Below, piece after piece: positions 60,864-64,000 of a stretch of 64,000 bases of DNA. The stretch covers positions 202,515 to 266,514 of the forward strand of contig CBDANQ010000061.1 in assembly GCA_965197725.1 (NCBI GenBank), written 5' to 3'. The notes under the pieces are model-generated. The model saw only the letters and a program-made list of their open reading frames with translations, searched no databases and was not told the origin of the DNA. The number at the start of each line of letters is the position of its first letter. The stretch's first letter is position 1. Source of the DNA: Longimicrobiales bacterium. Its GTDB lineage: Bacteria > Gemmatimonadota > Gemmatimonadetes > Longimicrobiales > Gaopeijiaceae. The position numbers and the translations under genes were made by a program.

Positions 60864-61475
60864 CAGCCTCCAAATCGTCGTCTTCTAGGTTCTCTCGAGA
60901 ACCGGTGGAGTTTGGCGCCGGACGGTGTGGCCCGGTGCGCTGCTCGGCCGTTAATGTCGCACCGGCACTGACGAGGCAAAAGGTGTCGCTCGCTTGCTCA
61001 GCGGGGTGGCGTTGCTGGCGAGCGATGCGAACAGTAGGACGGTGAGGCCCGCGCTGCCCCTTCCATGCCAACCCTCGTCCCTGGCGTGCCTGTAATCCAT
61101 CGATTCGCCCATCCCACGTGGTGTGATCGGTCTTCACTGTCGCATGCCTCTGCCGCCCCCTGGGTTGCGATAAATTGATTTCGAGTCAAACGTCGGGTCC
61201 GTCACGCTTCCAGCCGGCGGGCCCGTCAGGGATCTAGGACCTCACAGTACCTAGCACGGCCTACAAGTTAGTTCGTATAAGCTGCTCGTCGTCACATGCG
61301 CAGATTTCTGAGCCGCTGTTGACCATTCTCAAATCTGCTCACGGGCTGCGCGAAAGCGTGTACGTGGGGGCACTCATACCCATGCCGCACCGGGGGGGTG
61401 CCGGGGACTGGGTCCGCAGATCCCAAATATGGGACCCCGGTCGAATCAAATGGAGCGGCCATGCCTACGACGGCC

Positions 61476-62596
61476 CTACACCAGCCGATACTCCACGACC
61501 TCACCTCTCGGTCGATAGTGGCTGGGATGGCCATAGGTGTCCTCGACGCGAGCCACCGTCTTGTGACCTAACTCTTTCGCTACGGTCCACAAGGAGATTG
61601 GCTTCTCGTTGTCCGTTGTTTGCAGTCGGGCGGTCGCGTACGTGTGGCGGAAGATTGTCACTCCCACCGGCAGATCGACGCCCGAGTCCTTCGCTAGTGC
61701 GGACATGATGCTTCTCACGTCGTGGATCATCGATTCCTGCCCCCAGGCTCCTGTGCGGGGGCTGGGGAACACGAGCGAGTTCGGCTCCCTACCCTGCTCG
61801 TCCCAGACTTCAAGATAAGGCTCGATGATCCCTCGAAGCTGACTCCCGAGTGGAATCTCTCGCTCCGACCAGCTCCTCTTCAGCCCCCGCCATTGATTCG
61901 GTCGGAAGTGGACTTTTCCGGCTTCAAGGTCGATGTCACGGCGTTCGAGTCCAAGGACCTCCGCCCTCCGACCGCCGGTCAGAAGGAAAGTCCCAATCAG
62001 CGGGCAGACGAATTCCGATCAGGCCGTTGCGTCGGACCCGCTTCAGACTTCGCGCCACGTCAAGCACCTTAGCCGCCTCTGGAATCTCCAGGTACTTGGC
62101 ACGTCTGCTCTTCTGGCGGTCGGCCCCGGCTTTAGGTTTGCGCGGTACAGCCCCGAGAGCGGATTGAACCCCAGGGGGACGTTCCCTCGCTCTTGCGCGT
62201 ACCGGTATACACTCGACAAGGCGTGCAGATGATGCCTGACAGTCCCGCCCGATAGCCCCCGCCTTCTGGAGTTGTTTGATCCAAGCCCTGATGTCTTTGG
62301 GCGTGATGAACGTTAGGCTCCGCTGCGCTCCGAACCGATCAACCGCCCGGCCAAGGCATCGACCAACATCCGCCAGCCACTTCTCAGTTACCTCGCCAGG
62401 GTTGTCATCGAGGAGCCTCTTCGCCGCCAGGCCTAAGAGCGCAGCATCGCCAGTGGACGCCCGCCGACGCGTGGGGACCCGCTCGCCGGCACGGATCTGC
62501 CAAAGAACGTCGCCCAGGAGAATTAGGGCCTCGTCTCCGTCCGGACGTGGCCCTCGACGCTCCTGACGCCTTCAGAGCGATCTGACCATGCCCTAG
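61476..62596 (-). pseudogene. Phage-type tyrosine integrase, frameshifted and interrupted by an IS
   Basis: Manual translation: ITPKDIRAWI, TVRHHLHALSSVY, box I FLLTGGRRAEVLGL, IFRHTYA, ELGH and DTYGH. Confidence 0.8.
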
Positions 62597-64000
62597 CAGA
62601 CCGTGGATAAAGTCCGGTCATCGCTGTTGTGTTAAATCAGGAGGACACGAGGGTTTTTGCAGCGAGGACGGCGATGGCGGTAGGCAAGCGGCCCGAGGCT
62701 CGGCAGGGCGAGATGTTCGTGGTGGCGAGCGAGATTCGGGCCTTGGACAACCCGTTCTACTGGGCCTTGAACGAGCTTCTGGCGAAAAGCGGGTTTGACG
62801 AGTTCGCGGAAGAGGCATGCCGTGAGTTCTACGCGGACAATCGGGGTCGGCCGGGGATTGCTCCCCGGGGTGTATTTCCGAATGATGATGGTGGGCTACC
62901 TGGAAGGGATCGGCTCGGAGCGGGGCATTGCCTGGCGGTGTGGGGACTCGTTGTCGTTGCGTGAGTTTCTGGGATACGGGTGGGCGAAGAACCCGCCGGA
63001 GCATTCGACCCTGTCGAAGACGCGCAAGCGCCTGAGCGTGGAAGCGCACGCGGCGGTGTTCGGGCGGGTGCTGGAGCTGCTGAAGGGGTCGGGGTTGCTG
63101 AGCGGCAAGACGCTGGGCGTCGACTCGACGACGCTGGAGGCGAATGCGGCGATGCGCACGATCGTGCGGCGCGACGACGGGTTGGGCTACGATGAATGGC
63201 TGGAGCAGGTGGCCCGGGCGTCGGGGATCGAGACGCCGACGCGCAAGGATCTGACGACGCTGGACCGGAAGCGTCCGAAGAAGGGCTCGAACAAGGACTG
63301 GGTGCATCCGCACGACCCGGAGGCGCGGATCACGAAGATGAAGGACGGCAGGACGCGCCTGGCGCACAAGTTGGAGCAGGCGGTCGACATGGAGACCGGT
63401 GCGCTTGTGGCGGTGACGGTGCAGACGATGGACGGGGGAGATGTGGCGTCGCTGCCCAACACGCTGGACGAGGCAGAGCGGCAGCTGGAAGTAGTGCAGG
63501 TAGAGCCCGAGGAAGTGGTGGCCGACAAAGGCTACCACTCGAACAAGACCATGACGGGCGTGAAGGAGCGGGAGCTGCGCAGCTATGTGAGCGAGCCCAA
63601 CCGCGGGCGCCGGAAATGGAAGAACAACCGGGACGCGCAGACGCCGACCTACGACAACCGCCGCCGGATCCGCGGCAACCGGGGGATGCGGCTGCTGCGC
63701 CAGCGCGGCGAGAAGGTGGAGCGGGGGTTTGCGCACTTGCTTGTGACCGGAGGGCTGCGTCGCGTCCACATACGGGGCCAGGAGGAGATTCGAAAACGGA
63801 TGTTGATCCACGCGGCGGCCTTCAACCTCGGCCTTCTCATGCGCAAGCGGTTCGGGGTTGGAACCCCCCGTGCGTTACAGGGCCTCGCTACCGTACAAGC
63901 TGCGCTCGCAACTCAGGTTACAACCCGCGTCTCGCGCTTTTTCCGCCGTATTCGGCGCTATTTCGCCTTCCTTGGGCCGAATATCGCCTCGTCAGACCCC
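62597..64000 (+). mobile_element. IS1182-like insertion sequence (right end outside window)
   Basis: CTAG followed by candidate left end CAGACCGTGGATAAAGT; DDE transposase follows. Confidence 0.7.
62674..64000 (+). CDS. IS1182/IS5-like DDE transposase (+1 frameshift near 62865; runs off window)
   Basis: GRPGIAP/GVYFRM..EGIGSERGIAWR, PEHSTLS, VDSTTLEANA, DPEARI, VADKGYHS, VERGFAH, AAFNL. Confidence 0.88.

Noticed and set aside
61270..61297. dif-like site (AGTTCGTATAA resembles a XerC arm)
   Set aside because: No recognisable XerD arm (TTATGTTAAAT) after the 6-bp spacer
60864..61475. tRNA or attachment site next to the integrase
   Set aside because: No cloverleaf or T-loop signature found, and no matching direct repeat elsewhere in the window
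62860..62872. Programmed frameshift in the transposase
   Set aside because: IS1182-type transposases are usually single ORFs and the site is a C/G run like the other probable errors
62618..63811. 397-aa minus-strand ORF
   Set aside because: Antisense shadow of the transposase

Overview
High-GC bacterial window; gene content and order suggest Gemmatimonadota (inference). Positions 1-44,130 are mostly housekeeping: Omp85 3' end, sat/cysC, mlaEFD, M20, M14 and S41 peptidases, glutamine-dependent nadE, a long minus-strand run (PMM/PGM, UPF0182, sucCD, CBS, ndk, yceD, rpmF, plsX, fabHDG, acpP, fabF, ispF, dedA, xerD), a nuoA-N operon with a Rex-like operator, and dcd. The nuo operon has several lesions: nuoM is truncated at REP-like hairpins, nuoE has an apparent in-frame deletion, and nuoD and probably nuoB are frameshifted. 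From about 44,900 to the end is an accessory region that begins at an amtB fragment and ends in a broken tyrosine integrase interrupted by an IS1182-like element. Its core is the best candidate for an undescribed system: a co-oriented envelope cluster of lipoprotein, SusC-like receptor, SusD-like lipoprotein, a DUF1592-type protein with two CxxCH motifs, a Tat-exported DUF1552 protein, and three tandem near-identical secreted ankyrin proteins. The ankyrins end in CxxC and differ mainly in two hypervariable loops; the two extra copies carry their own predicted sigma70 promoters. Many single-base indels, dense after 55 kb, look like sequencing errors, so frameshift-based pseudogene calls are provisional. 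All family assignments come from motif recognition, not database searches.
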